Shown here: positions 38,501 through 51,199 of the stretch, piece after piece | Position numbering within the stretch: position 1 is the first letter of the stretch | Layout: every line of letters starts with the position of its first letter | From: Negaprion brevirostris | Lineage: Eukaryota | Assembly (NCBI GenBank): GCA_030324005.1 | Contig: JARDVH010000130.1 | Coordinates: forward strand, 40,891,223-40,955,222 | Direction: 5' to 3' | Length of the DNA stretch: 64,000 nucleotides | Translations under genes and position numbers: made by a program | Notes under the pieces: model-generated | The model's database searches: none | Seen by the model: only the letters and a program-made list of their open reading frames with translations | Told to the model about the DNA's origin: nothing

Positions 38501-39934
38501 ATTTTTGACTCAACTTCTGCTGATAAAAAAGATCCTTGCATTTCAGACAGTCATGAAGAGGATGCATACTATTATGTTGGAAAACTAGTAGTGCAATGGC
38601 AGTTACAGAACATTTAAATACCTGCATGTGTAGTTTGCTTGTCTGCAGGATTAAAATGGTAAAGTGTGACTTTCTGAAGGAGATCATAACTTTGCTCACT
38701 GTTGTTTAAAGACCACCAAGAGTGAAACATAATTTCCGGCATCCACGTGGCACGTTCACAAGAACTTCAACCCCTTATCTCAATCTAATGTAGGGGTATG
38801 TTATCCAAGTATTTATTGCGCTCTTCCCGTTGCCACTAGAAGGTTCAAGGGTCAAGTGCCCTTCATTTGCATAGATAAAAGTTAAAAAACATGTTACTCG
38901 GTGACCATAACTGATTCTCGGTCCATAAGTGGGCCTAGAACTCAAGCAGAGGATAATGTAAACAGTCTACTGCCAATTGCAATCCATTGATTGTTGTTGG
39001 AAGGTTGGATCAGAACAGATGTCCTTAGTGACCACGCCCTCAATTTCTTTACTAGCATTACAGTCAACAAGACAATTCTTTAACTAGTGCAGTGTCAGGT
39101 CTTCCCTTAGACATTATGTAGATGTTGTTGTACACGTTCATTCAATTTCCCAAAACACCACATCAGAAATAAAATCTCACACCTGAAATGAAACTGTTTT
39201 GGTTGGACAGGAAATTATATAATCTCAAAACTATAAACTTTTCAAAGGATGTTATGGGAATAAGGACAATCAAAAAATTCCAACATGTGCATCCTGTAGC
39301 AAGAAAAATCCCTCAAACATCAATCTCCAGCTTTTGGCAAAGGAATGGACATCTCAAAATGATTGATTGAATTTGGCCAATTGCTAGCCACCACGTTCAT
39401 GAGTTACTGCTGCTAAATTAATGGGATAACACTGGCACACAGCAGAGTGTTCTGAAACTATAAATTCCATGTTTTCTATAATAGGTAACAATATTGAATA
39501 ATGCTTTTGAAACCTTTCCTAAAAATCCCAACCAGAGAAAAATTTGCCACCACCTTACCTTGAAGTCTATCCTTGTGTTGCACCAAGAATTTTATGGCGC
39601 AAGACTGAATTTTGCTTTTCGCAAGTTTGAACTTATGCCCCTTGTACAACTAACATGCACAAATTAAGTGGAGCCCTGAACATCTTGTTCCTTGCTTGGT
39701 TCGCTTTTTCAAAAGGTGAAAAACATTTCACATTCTCCCTCTCCCCACCAGCCCTGTTTGACAACACTTCACACTTTTTCAGGAATTAAATGGCTTCCTT
39801 GCAGATTGCTAGATGACCAGAACTGGACATCTTAATCAACATGTGATTTCATTAGAGCACTGAGGCATGATTACCACAAATTTGTAATCTACTTTTTAGT
39901 TATATTATTGAGCATGCTTTGTTGATTTTGTTAA

Positions 39935-40330
39935 GAATTCATTATCAAGAGGTGGGCATCACGGGAGTATTTATAGTCTATCCTATTTGCCCTTAAGAAG
40001 ATGAAGGTATGGCCCCTTGAACAGCTGCAGTTCTTTGTAGTGGTTTGATACAACCACATGACTTGCTCAGCAACTTCAGAAGGCAGTTATCAGTCAATGT
40101 TGGTATGGGACTGGAGTCATGTACGAAAAAGCTAAATGCAGTGGGTTTTCCTCACCCAAGGACATCAGTGAACTAACTGGGTTTTTGTAATATTGACAGT
40201 CCATAGTATCTTTTATTAATTGTCTTGTTTTTAATTCCAGGTTTTAATTTTTTTTGAAGCAAATTCAAAATCTCAAACTGCCATGCTGGGATTTGACTAG
40301 TTCAGTAACAATGATTGTATTACCATACCC
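39935..40330 (-). mobile_element. old SINE-B-like copy
   Basis: GGACTGGAGTCATGTA...CCCAAGGACATCAGTGAACTAACTGGGTTTTT...CTGCCATGCTGGGATTTGA. Confidence 0.6.
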
Positions 40331-41906
40331 ACATTCAAATAGTTCCAAGTTATAGGGCATGTTAAGCATTTTATCCACTGATTATTTTAATATCTTTAGT
40401 CAGGGACTTTAGTCATCCACTTATTTAGTGTATGTCACACATTGTACTAAATTTCATCAACCATTGTTCTCCATTTACATATTTTGCCTCCCTCCAACTC
40501 TGGCTCCAAGTTTGCAATTACTTATAAATTTAAACTGTTTGCACCAAATTCCCCAATTGAAATTACAAACCTGTCAGCCTGATACCCATTAATTCTCAAC
40601 CCTTCACAATAAAGTATAGCAAGATTTTTCTGCATTAAAAAGGTGCTGGGGTGTATGCCTATGTTCTACACTTCATTTAAAATGTCACTCTGGCAAAGAT
40701 AATTCAGAGTTCATTATAAATGATATTGTCTCAAGACATCTCAAAGAATGAAGGTGTAATTGTGGTTTAATAACGTCCAAACAAAAAGGCAATTTACAGA
40801 TTACTCCCCATTCTTTAAGGGCTTCACTGTTTACATCTTAACATCCAAAAGACGGGCATTATCTCAACAATGTTACACAAATTATAGTTCTCCAGCCCTC
40901 TTCCAAACAAAGAAATGCTGCTGTGAATAATTTTAAACACAGAATATACCATTTCTACTTTGACACTACCTCAAACTATGTACATAGTTATTACACTTTA
41001 CTTAAATTAATCCTTAATCTTGCATTAATCTTCATAATCTTAAATGGAATTGAATGCTGGGATTTCGGCTTGTGTTACACAATTGCCCTCAACATTAACT
41101 TATTGCACTGAAAATAACTACCCATTCCACACAACTTATTCAGATTCCTTGGCTTACATATCTTGTGCTGAAGGCAGCATCCTAACTTGGGATGCGCACA
41201 AGTGTCTTACTGGCACCTCACACAGCAGGGATCATTAAATTGATAGGTACTGATGGAAGCAGAGGTCAACTAGGGCAGCCCTGCTGCTGCGCTGGGTAAA
41301 ACCAACTATTTTAGCAGCAACAAGGGATCAAATTTGGACCACCTTCTCAACCAGGCAATCTCAATTCTAAGATTTTGATTAAACCTGAATATGATCAGGA
41401 TGGGTTTCACCTAGACTTATTTTTAAGTCATGAACTTCCATTCTCCTAATTTATGAAAGGGACTTTTCTTTAAAAAGTACTATAACCAGAGTTTTTCACC
41501 ACCCTTTTCTAGATCTCATTTAAAAAAAATTGGATCAGTCCACCACTTTCTTTTTCCCCCATTTTGTGCTTGTGTTCTTTGTGACCTCCATGTACTTATT
41601 GGCAGGTCTTTGACAAAGAAATCTCATTGGTTCTACCTACAGTAGATTTGCTTCCCATATGTGTGTACTCTGTAATATGCTGAATGTTGTTTGCTAATAT
41701 AACACAGTCAACCCATGCAAGCAAACAAAGTTTTCTTCACAGTGGGAACAGTCAGATTTCATTTATCTTCTGACTCACAGCCAGTTCCAATCTCAGGTCA
41801 GTTACCTGGAGGGTAGACCACATGGATACAAGACAATTTGCCAACAATAAAGTGAGGGAATAAAAAAGTCTTTTAAGAAACTAAGTGAGATAGCTAGCCC
41901 TCTCTT

Positions 41907-42185
41907 ACATAAGAACATAAGAAATAGGAGCAGGAGTAGGCCATCTAGCCCTTCGAGCCTGCCCCGCCATTCAATAANNNNNNNNNNNNNNNNNNNNNNN
42001 NNNNNNNNNNNNNNNNNNNNNNNNNNNNNNNNNNNNNNNNNNNNNNNNNNNNNNNNNNNNNNNNNNNNNNNNNNNNNTTGAGGCTGTGCCCCCTAGTCCT
42101 ACTGTCCTTTCTGAGCGGGAAGAGTCTCTCCACCTCTATCCTATCCATCCCATTAATCATCTTATATGTCTCAATGAGATCTCCA
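41907..42185 (-). mobile_element. CR1 3' end fragments flanking a gap
   Basis: ACATAAGAACATAAGAAATAGGAGCAGG; GDLIETYKMINGMDRIEVERLFPL..SRTRGHSL. Confidence 0.85.
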
Positions 42186-43820
42186 CCACCTATCACTTCA
42201 ACACGAAACTTTGTAGATAGCAAGGAATAGATCAGACATGTCATTAGGAAAGAAATGTTGCCTACTAATGGCAGGGGCAAAGGGAGAGAGAGAGAAAGAA
42301 AGAGAGAATGAAAGTTATGGGGCAGTTTGCAAGAGGGTTTCACGTTATTCCACTATGCAGCTAGATTTAATATCCAATATTACACAAAAGAAAATATTTT
42401 TCAGCAAAAACCATTTAGGATATGAGGAATACTCTAATTCTTGTAGATTGGTTTCAAGTAATTTTGCAAGGTCCTTGGCAAAGCATAGGATTAAAAAAAA
42501 CTGGAGTGGAGTTTTAGGAAAACAAAACTCATGAAAACGGGGCCAAGTTTTTAATCATAATCTAAGGTGGTCCAAAATGGAAAATAAAACAGGAAAACGG
42601 AATAAGGGTCGTGGAACATTGCTTGAAAAAAAGTGATTGCTTGATAGCCCTGAGGGGAAGTAACCCTCCCAGTGTAAACAGTATAAAAGCTATCTGAACC
42701 AAAACTAACAAGAGCAACCTGACAAAGACCCATCAGGTCATTTCCAGCTGATTCCCAACACAAAAAAAACAGCAAGTCAACACAGATTAACATGATCAAA
42801 GAAGTCAAATGTCAGGAATTCTGACCAGCCCCCCCGCTGCCAAGTTACCAAGAAATATCTAAGTCTGCAAAATAAGACTTTAATAAAGGTAGCAAAATTA
42901 GAATAATTCTTCAAATCACCAGCAATTGCCAGTTTAGTCATGTTGCAAAGCTATTTTGTCACATTTCATGTTAGCTTTATATAAAATGTCAAAAATATTT
43001 CTGGCCCATGTTAACCAATAACTTTGCCTACACCAACATGGCATAGTTCTGGAAAGCACAGTTGCTATTGTTTTAAAATGGGCCTTGATTTTGCTTGGGT
43101 TGGGGAACAAGAAGCAAAAGAATTCATTTCCACTTTTAAAATGGGCTAATTTCAAAAATGTTGGCTGACTGGTTTGGGGCTTTTTTTTTTGTCATTAAGA
43201 AACTTGAGCATTTTTCTTCTACAACATAAATGAGATGGACACTAGTTAAGAGGAATCAATCTAAATTACATTCCATACAGCGAGCACGGCCATTAACATT
43301 CTACTGGTGATCAGAAGGTAAAGCATTTTGCAAAGTTAACAAAATTATGCAATACTCTTAAATGGCTAGACAACAATGTTTCAATTTTGCAACAATCTAA
43401 AGTGGTGACAGATTGGAGCCACATGTCAGTTAAAACTTCTATTTGGACTTGGTATCAGGCACCCAGAGGCTTTTCAAAGGCTGGCAGAGACTATTCTATC
43501 ATTCTGCTCAACTGTCCTGACAAACACTGAGCTTCTTCTCCCTGCGAGAGGAACAGGATCTGGTTACACTTAAGTGCAAGCTGTAGCCTGAGGTCATAGC
43601 CTAATTACTTAGTACCTTCAATGAGAGGCAGTTGGGGTGGGCTCGGGCAGCCGACGAGGAGTATTTAAAAGTAACTAAAAGACAACTTCGCATTGAAGGA
43701 AACTTTTAAACCTCGCTGATTTTGGTCCATAACTAATTCCATTTCATATAAAATTTCCATATGAAACCAACGTTAAAGTTTCGCTTCAGCAAACGTTTCA
43801 ACAAATCCAAAAATTCTTAC

Positions 43821-43919
43821 CTCCAACTCTTTAGCGGCGGAGACCTGCGACTGAACATCGACCACTGTGATTGTCCTTTTAGTGGGCAAAAGGTTTTGGA
43901 TCTCATCGAAAGCAACCAT
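43821..43919 (-). CDS. NET1: NET1-like RhoGEF, first coding exon (NET1A-type N-terminus)
   Basis: ATG at 43919; MVAFDEIQNLLPTKRTITVVDVQSQVSAAKELE resembles the NET1A start MVAHDETGGLLPIKRTIRVLDV; ends at donor GAG|gtaaga, 99 nt, phase 0. Confidence 0.85.
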
Positions 43920-44130
43920 ACTGGGTAAGCTGCTACTGAAACCCTGTTTAACAGCCCGGTGTTCAGGGTGCCCGGTGTCCGAGCTCACTCTCTGCTCTGC
44001 TCCCGCTGACTAACTCTCACACAGTTCCAGACAGCTGGGAGGAGTCAGTGCTAGAGGGCAGCAGCCCACACTTAGATCATCAATCATCAGCTGACTGTAG
44101 GTGGGTCACACCCTCCCTGCTCCACCTCCA
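43920..44130 (-). promoter_or_regulatory. putative 5' UTR/promoter of the short (NET1A-type) isoform
   Basis: Unique, locally CpG-retaining sequence upstream of the ATG; AP-1-like TGACTAA at 44007, CAGCTG E-boxes, CACACCC box. Confidence 0.5.
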
Positions 44131-44299
44131 AACTCCGCAAAAGTTGAATAGACTCTCAGCACACTGAGAAGTTTGAAGTTATAAACTAATTCAGTTTATA
44201 GAGGTTGTACAAGGATTCCAGCTCTCTTTCTTCTCCAAAAATGTCTGAATGAAGACCTGGCATCTCCACATCCTGAATGAAAATCAGCCAGGCTACTTG

Positions 44300-44655
44300 A
44301 GTGTTTTTTTTTTAACTCATGCGCAGATGTTGGGTGTCCCTGGCTGGGCCAACATTCATTGACCACACCTGAGGGCATTTAAGAGTCAACCACATTGCTG
44401 TGGATCTGGAGTCACATGTCAACCAGACAAGATAAGGTTGGCAGATTTCCTTCCCTAAAGGACATTGGTGAACCAGATGGGTTTTACGACAATTGACAAT
44501 GGTTTCATGGTCATCTTTAGACTTCTAATTAGAGATAATTCAATAATAGCTAAAATTTCACCATTTGCCACGGTGGGATTTGAATTCTGGTCCCCAGAGA
44601 ATTACCCTGGATCTCTGGTCCAGTGACAATATCACTACACCACTGCCTCCCCTTG
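44300..44655 (-). mobile_element. SINE-B
   Basis: Full-length family match. Confidence 0.85.
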
Positions 44656-44738
44656 TTTGTTCTAGGTGACTTGGATAGGTGGTTCAAATTAAAGCAGTAG
44701 GAAGGATATCATTCCTTTCCCCAAGAGCCAGTCTCTCA

Positions 44739-45003
44739 GGGCAGCACAGTGGCACAGTGGTTGGTATTGATGGCTCACAGTGTCAGGGGCCAGGGTTCAA
44801 TTCCCAGCTTGGGTCACTATCTGTGTGGAGCTTGCACATTCTCCTTTTGTCTGCATGGGTTTCCTTCTGATGCTCCAGTTTCCTTCCACATTCTGAAAGA
44901 CATGCTATCTAAATTTTCCCTCAGTGTACTGGAGTGTGGCGACTAAGGGATTTTCACAGTAACTTCATCGCCTACTTGTGACACTAATAAATAAATTTTT
45001 AAA
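44739..45003 (+). mobile_element. HE1-like SINE (alternative tail)
   Basis: Head, core and tail with small deletions. Confidence 0.85.
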
Positions 45004-45239
45004 ACTCTCAGGCTGAAGCAGTTGTGCTCAACATTGGGACTCTGTTCGATGGAGAGTTGAGCTTTCAGCCCAGTCTGTCCTTAAACATTTGGAACAATTC
45101 CCACTTGTGCCACTGCTGAAATCCCCTTCAAGGCATTCATTTCTTGAGATTCAACTTCACTGACCTCCCTGCTTCCTGAACTTCAGCTGATGCAGAATTC
45201 CACATACTAATCATTGTTCGTGCCCCAGTTAAACTAAAA

Positions 45240-45530
45240 GTTAAAGTTTATTTATTAGTGACAACTAGGCTTGCATTCGCACTGAAATGAATATACTGTG
45301 AAAATCCCCTAGTCGCTACACTCCAGCGCTTGTTCGGGTACAGCGAGGGAGAATTTAGCATAGCCAATTCACCTAACCCGCACATCTTTGGACTGTGGGA
45401 GGAAATACAGGGAGAGAATGTGCAAACTCCAGTGACCCAAGCTGGAAATCGAACTTGAGCCCCTAGTGCTGTGAGGNNNNNNNNNNNNNNNNNNNNNNNN
45501 NNNNNNNNNNNNNNNNNNNNNNNNNNNNCC
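45240..45530 (-). mobile_element. HE1-like SINE (alternative tail), gapped
   Basis: Tail and core present; head runs into the gap. Confidence 0.85.
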
Positions 45531-45824
45531 ACAGACACTGGCCCAAATCCATGTATCTGCACAGCTAGCAGTGATAGTCACTGAGCTGTTGTGGTGCCCA
45601 TCTGCCGGTCCAGTTTTAAGCATACACAAAGTACTAGGCTACTCTCGAAACATCCAAAAGTAGCCCTCGCACGACCCACCGTGTGCATGCCCCTCGTTAG
45701 ACAACAAGGTGGACTGACGCACCTGCGGAGTAAAAGAGAAAAACATCAACGCATGTAACAGTTGATCTGGGAAGCTACATTGCCAACTGGTTATGCCTTT
45801 TCTTGGAACCTGATGGCTCCATTT

Positions 45825-46098
45825 TAGCACCATGGCAGATGGTGAAATTTTAGTTATTATTGAATTATCTGTAATTAGAAGTCTAAAGATGACCATGAAA
45901 CCAATTGTCAATTGTCATAAAACCCATCTGGTTCACTAATGTCCTTTAGGGAATGAAATCTGCCATCCTTATCTTGTCTGGCTGACATGTGACTCCAGAT
46001 CCACAGCAATGTGGTTGACTCTTAAATGCCCTCAGGTGTGGGCAATAAACGTTGGCCCAGCCAGGGACACCCAACATTCGTGCATGAGTAAAAAAAAC
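45825..46098 (+). mobile_element. SINE-B (5'-truncated), inverted copy of 44300-44575
   Basis: Shares private variants with the 44300 copy. Confidence 0.85.
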
Positions 46099-47159
46099 AC
46101 TAAAGCTTGGGGTGGTATAAAGCTATGAACCTTCAAAAGGAGTTGTTCCATAACATTGAAATCACCAGTAAGGCAAAGCAGTACAAAGGGATTTGGGCTG
46201 GCAGGATTCTACTTAGGCTAATTAAAAAAACAAATTTACAGTACTTTCTCCCCCTGCTGCCCACCCCCAACTCACATATGAAATAGGAATTACTGACGAG
46301 AAAGGACTCTTAAAAAAAATGAACCCAAAGCTGTATCTCTTGATATCATAGCAGGTGGCATGAAAGAGGAAGATTTCTATTTGAATAAACAATCCGTAGG
46401 GTTACAGGGAGAATGGCACTAGGTGAAATGCTCATTTAGAGAGCTGGTGCAGACACGATGGGCCAAATGGCCTCCTTAGACTGAAATTACAAGATAACAT
46501 TTTGGTACATTTAGTTGTAACTAATGTGCAAATAAAGGAATTTCACACTGTCCAATGCACTTCAATGGTGAGACAGCAAGTTACCATTTCTGCAGAACTG
46601 CCAGCAGTGCAGCACATCTGACAGCAACCAATGAATTTTCACATTTTAACTGCATACCTCACCCTTGTTTAAAGTTGCTGTCGGATTTGTGTGCGAGTGA
46701 CAGAGAGCACAGTTAGGCATATTGTTATTTTTGACCAATTTGGGCCAATATGTTTCAATCAAACATGAGGGAACAATAGGGAGTGGTGACAGACAGATAC
46801 AGATTCAAAACGAGAGAAAAAGGAGCAGGGTAGAGGGGGAAAAATTGCAAGGAGTAAACTAGAAGCTGCAATAAGGAAACACTATTGCAAAATGTTTTAA
46901 ATGAGACAGAATTGTGCTAGATCAAAATATATCACGTTAAGCTTTTAACTTTAATTTCTCACTCATTCCTTGACCCAAAATGAAAGGTCAACCTTTCCAA
47001 AAGCTGCATCATGATTCACTAATGACTAAACTTACAAGCTGGTGATTCTGGCTATTTTCCCCATAACTGCAATGCATAACATTGAACTACTCTGGATCAT
47101 TCAGAATGATCAAACTTGGCATATCACATTAATTGTTTTGAAAAAAAAGGTTTCAGAAT

Positions 47160-48500
47160 ATCATCAAATAGTAACAGGCCATTCAGCCTGTCAAGTCCAT
47201 GCCAGCTCTCTGCAAGAGCAATTCAACTCTTTTCACACCCCCTGCCTTTTCTCTGTGGCCCTTGATTTTTTTATATACATCTTTGGGTGCGAATCATTTT
47301 CCTTTTCAAAGTCACAAATTGAATGTGCCTCCAACACTCTCTCTGACAATGAATTCCAGATTCTAACCACTTATTGTGTAAAAACAAAATGGTTCTTTGC
47401 AAAAAGACATGAGAACTTGCCACCCTAATTTGGTATCCTCTTACTTGACCCCAGTGCCAATGGGAACTATTTCTCCTGATGTACTCTGTTTGGACCCTGC
47501 ATGATTTTGAGCATCTCTACCAAATCCCTTCACAACATTCTTCTCCAAGAAGGATAACCCCAGCTTCTCCAATCCACATAACTAATTTCCCCATCCACGG
47601 AACAGTCTCTTCTGCACTCTCTCTAATATCTTAACAAGTGGGGTCAAGAATTGGACACAATGCTTGAGTTGAGGATGAATCAGTCTTTTTTTAATGAAGA
47701 GTACTTCACAATCATCTAAGCTCAGGAGCTGACATGGGCTTTAAACCACTTCCTCAATCTGCCTTGTCATCTTCAACGATCTCTGTTCATATACACCACA
47801 TCCTCGTTCTTCCTACCAAACTAAATAATTTCACTTTTCTCTACATTAAATGTCAATGACCACTTGTCTGCCCATTCCACCAACCTACATACTTTGAATT
47901 TCGGCACTATTCTCCTCATAATTTTATACCATCAGCAAATTTTGAACTTGTGGCCTGTATACCCAAGTCATTAAGATATCAAGAAAAGCAGTGGTCCTGG
48001 TACTGAACCCTGGGAAATACCATTGTATACCTTTTTTAAAAAACCATACATCTCGAGTCTCTCTCTTCATTCTCAGACAACTTTGTATCCATGTTGCTAC
48101 CATCCCTTCTGTTCCGTGAGTTCTAACGTTAGCCACATGTCTATTGTGTCACACTTTATTAAACATCCTTTGAAAGTTCAAATGGATCACATTGACTGTA
48201 TTATCCTTACCAATATTCTGTTACTGCATAAAACAACATGATTACGCACTATCTGCCTTTCACAAATCCATGCTAGCTTTCCTTAATTAACCCACCTAAG
48301 TCAACGTTGAGGATTATCATTTTCCCACCACAATGTATAAGTTTTAGTCACTGGATTTATCTTCAAAGTTTTTTATGAATGAGGTTGCAACATCTGCAAT
48401 TCTCCAATCTTCTGATACAATCCTGGTATCGAAGGAGGATTGGAAGATTATGGTCAGAAGTTCCATTTCTCGTCAGGTCTTGGCGACTTATCAACTTTTA
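47160..48500 (-). mobile_element. old CR1 LINE fragment
   Basis: ACAGGCCATTCAGCC 3' end, GAATTCCAGATTCTAACCAC, and RT remnants such as AAATCCATGCTAGC. Confidence 0.75.
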
Positions 48501-49224
48501 AATGCAGCCTGCCTAATACTGCCTCTCCAGTCTGCCATTTTCAGTCAATCCAGTCAAGCCACTTGCTCAACGGCTTTCAGCATTGGCAGAATCATACTTT
48601 AGTAAATGCTAGGTCTTCAGCAGAGCACAGGAGAACTGGAGGAAAGAAATGAGAACTTTTAAGAAAGACCTTCAATAACCTCTATAGCTGGTATCACATT
48701 AGAGAAGGGTGGACATTGCACCATATCACAACTCACAAAGAACTCAGCGTCATGGAAGTTTACAACTCTGTAAAAAAATTTCTAAAAAAAAATATACGCA
48801 CATTCAGATATTCATTCTTTTGAAAAAAGTTTGTTCTCCAGAATGTTTGAAGATCTAAAGAAGTGAAACGTTGCTGTATAAACGTGAAGGATTTAGGTTC
48901 TTATACACAAATGTCCAATAGAAACAATAATTGGCTAGAAGCAGACTTTGGTCTCAAAATGAGAGACATGTGGATAAATTATAGATGTTCCTCTGAGTTT
49001 GTGAGCAGGGGGGCAGACACGCATGACATAGATCATTACATTTGGCAATATCTATAAGCAGGGGAGTATACTCATCAGCCTTGTGGCAGTTATGGTAAAC
49101 AGACATTTTGCAATAGGATAACCAAAAACAAACCTATTATGGAAATTAGTCCATTGCTCAATGGGTAGCTTCACTGCATAGGATGGTGTTGAATATGCAA
49201 CATTGTGGTAGAGACTGGGGACAA

Positions 49225-49330
49225 AACAGTTTTGATGAAAGGTCACAATCTGAGATGTTAAAATCACTTCTCTCACCACAGATGCCGCCATGCTTGTTGA
49301 GTACTTACAGCATTTTCTGTTATTAGTTTT
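49225..49330 (+). mobile_element. Penelope-like terminal-repeat remnant with decayed hammerhead core
   Basis: TTGATGA-A-AGGTCACAATCT-GAGA-TGTT...CTCTCACCACAGATGC...CAGCATTTTCTG. Confidence 0.6.
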
Positions 49331-49394
49331 TGATGTTTGGCCAATGGCACTTAGAACCGTGGTATCCATGAAATCAGTCAATGCTCATGGTGGG

Positions 49395-49635
49395 AGATAC
49401 AGGAGGGATGTCCGAGGTGGAGTCTTTACTCAGAGAGTGGTTGGGGTGTAGAATGCACTGCCTGGTGTGATAGTGGAGTTGGACACTTTAGGAACTTTCA
49501 AGCAGGTACTGGATAGGTACATGGAAAACACCAGAATGATAAGGAGTGGCATAGCTTGATCTTGGGTTTGGACATAGCTCGGCACAACATCGAGGGCTGA
49601 AGGGCCTGTACTGTGCTGTACAGTTCTATGTTCTA
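49395..49635 (+). mobile_element. CR1 3' end
   Basis: TTTACTCAGAGAGTGGTTGGGGTGTAGAATGCACTGCC...GGGCTGAAGGGCCTGTACTGTGCTGTACAGTTCTATG. Confidence 0.85.
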
Positions 49636-50629
49636 CCACAATCTATTCCAGATTACTCTTAAGCATTTCCCCCTGAAATTCAACGTATTGAATGTATTGA
49701 GAGACTAGATTTAGGGTAGGCTGTAATATCCTATATGGCTAAATAACCTGGTAGTTACAAGTCAAAATATAATACAATGCTCAAAGTGGATCATTGGGAC
49801 AATCTTCAGAAACTGTACCTCACTACGCTTGAGACCAACAAACATGGATGAGAGAACCCAGGATTACTATAATGTGACTTAGTTAGTATTTAAAATGCAC
49901 CGTGAATAACCTCTTGGAATGATCTTTAAATGGGGTAAAATCACAAAACAAACACATCAAGATGCAGCTGAATATTACAAATTGAAGGTTTGAATAACAG
50001 AAGGAACTCCAATGGGCTAAAAGTTTTTGTTCCTACTTTTTCACATGTTGAGTAAGAAGGGGCTTGAAATATGGGGAGAAATTTGACACATATGGACATC
50101 AATGTGAGGAAAATGGAGAAATAAACTAATATTGTGATAAAAATCAGAGCGAGCATTTGCTCTCACATTCCTACAGCTGACACAAAAGGAGAATAATGCG
50201 TTATCAAGCTTCAGAAACAAACTGTCCTTGTATTTTGTTGCTAAAAACTTAAGCACTGGTTTAAGTTATTCATGCCATATGATAACTGTTGATAAATCAA
50301 TTTGCAAATAGTTACAGCTTCACTGTGCTGATTTATTACTTATTTCACACTTATACTAAACATTGCCATTTCTAATAACAGGTTTAGCCATTGGAGAAAG
50401 CCTTCCAAAGCAGCTGCATCATTACCAATACCAATGCCAAAGATATTGCCTCAACTTAGGAGAAAGTTTGCCCCCCTGAATTCAAACAAACATTCAGTGC
50501 TACCATATCCTTAACTTCAAACTATGGAGGAGGCCAATCCAGATAGGGAAATGTGACTCACATATAACTGTACAAATGATCCTTCGCCAGATGATTATTT
50601 AAAATTGTGTTTACCATTTCATAGCAACT

Positions 50630-50850
50630 AAACTGTATAGGGCACTGGTGAGGCCGCAGCTGGAGTACTGTGTGCAGTTTTGGNNNNNNNNNNNNNNNNN
50701 NNNNNNNNNNNNNNNNNNNNNNNNNNNNNNNNNNNNNNNNNNNNNNNNNNNNNNNNNNNNNNNNNNNNNNNNNNNNNNNNNNNTATTGAATGGCGGGGCA
50801 GGCTCGAAGGGCTAGATGGCCTACTCCTGCTCCTATTTCTTATGTTCTTA
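50630..50850 (+). mobile_element. CR1 fragments flanking a gap
   Basis: LYRALVRPQLEYCVQFW, then tail CTCCTATTTCTTATGTTCTTATG. Confidence 0.85.
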
Positions 50851-51199
50851 TGTAAATATAAATCTCAAATGTACATTAAATCCATGGTTGTCAAATCTGT
50901 GTGGAGCACTGGCAGCAAGAAACTGGGGTATAATACTTAACAATTTCAGTGACAGCAATTCAAGGACACGTCAGTTTTATGTACTGTGGAACCTGCCCTA
51001 CTTATACTGAACTGAAATTTAGACAATAATGAGAAAAAGCACATGGCCCTGACATCTCTCTAATAAGAAGGGAGATGCTCTACTTCTTCCTAAATTATAT
51101 TCAATAGCCTTTGTTGCTATGCCCTGTTAGAATTGTTCAGATATGAAGCACTATATAATGTTTTCCTTCCCCGGCTCAAAGTCTCCCGGTCCCATAATA

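Noticed and set aside
39558-39726. Minus-strand EPSK... with a gtaag donor as a candidate for the missing exon
   Set aside because: Reads EPSKEQDVQGST* with an early stop and looks like a decayed CR1 3' remnant
43920-43988. In-frame GTG extension upstream of the first ATG
   Set aside because: Homology starts at the ATG at 43919, an in-frame TAG lies just upstream at ~44010, and nothing supports non-AUG initiation
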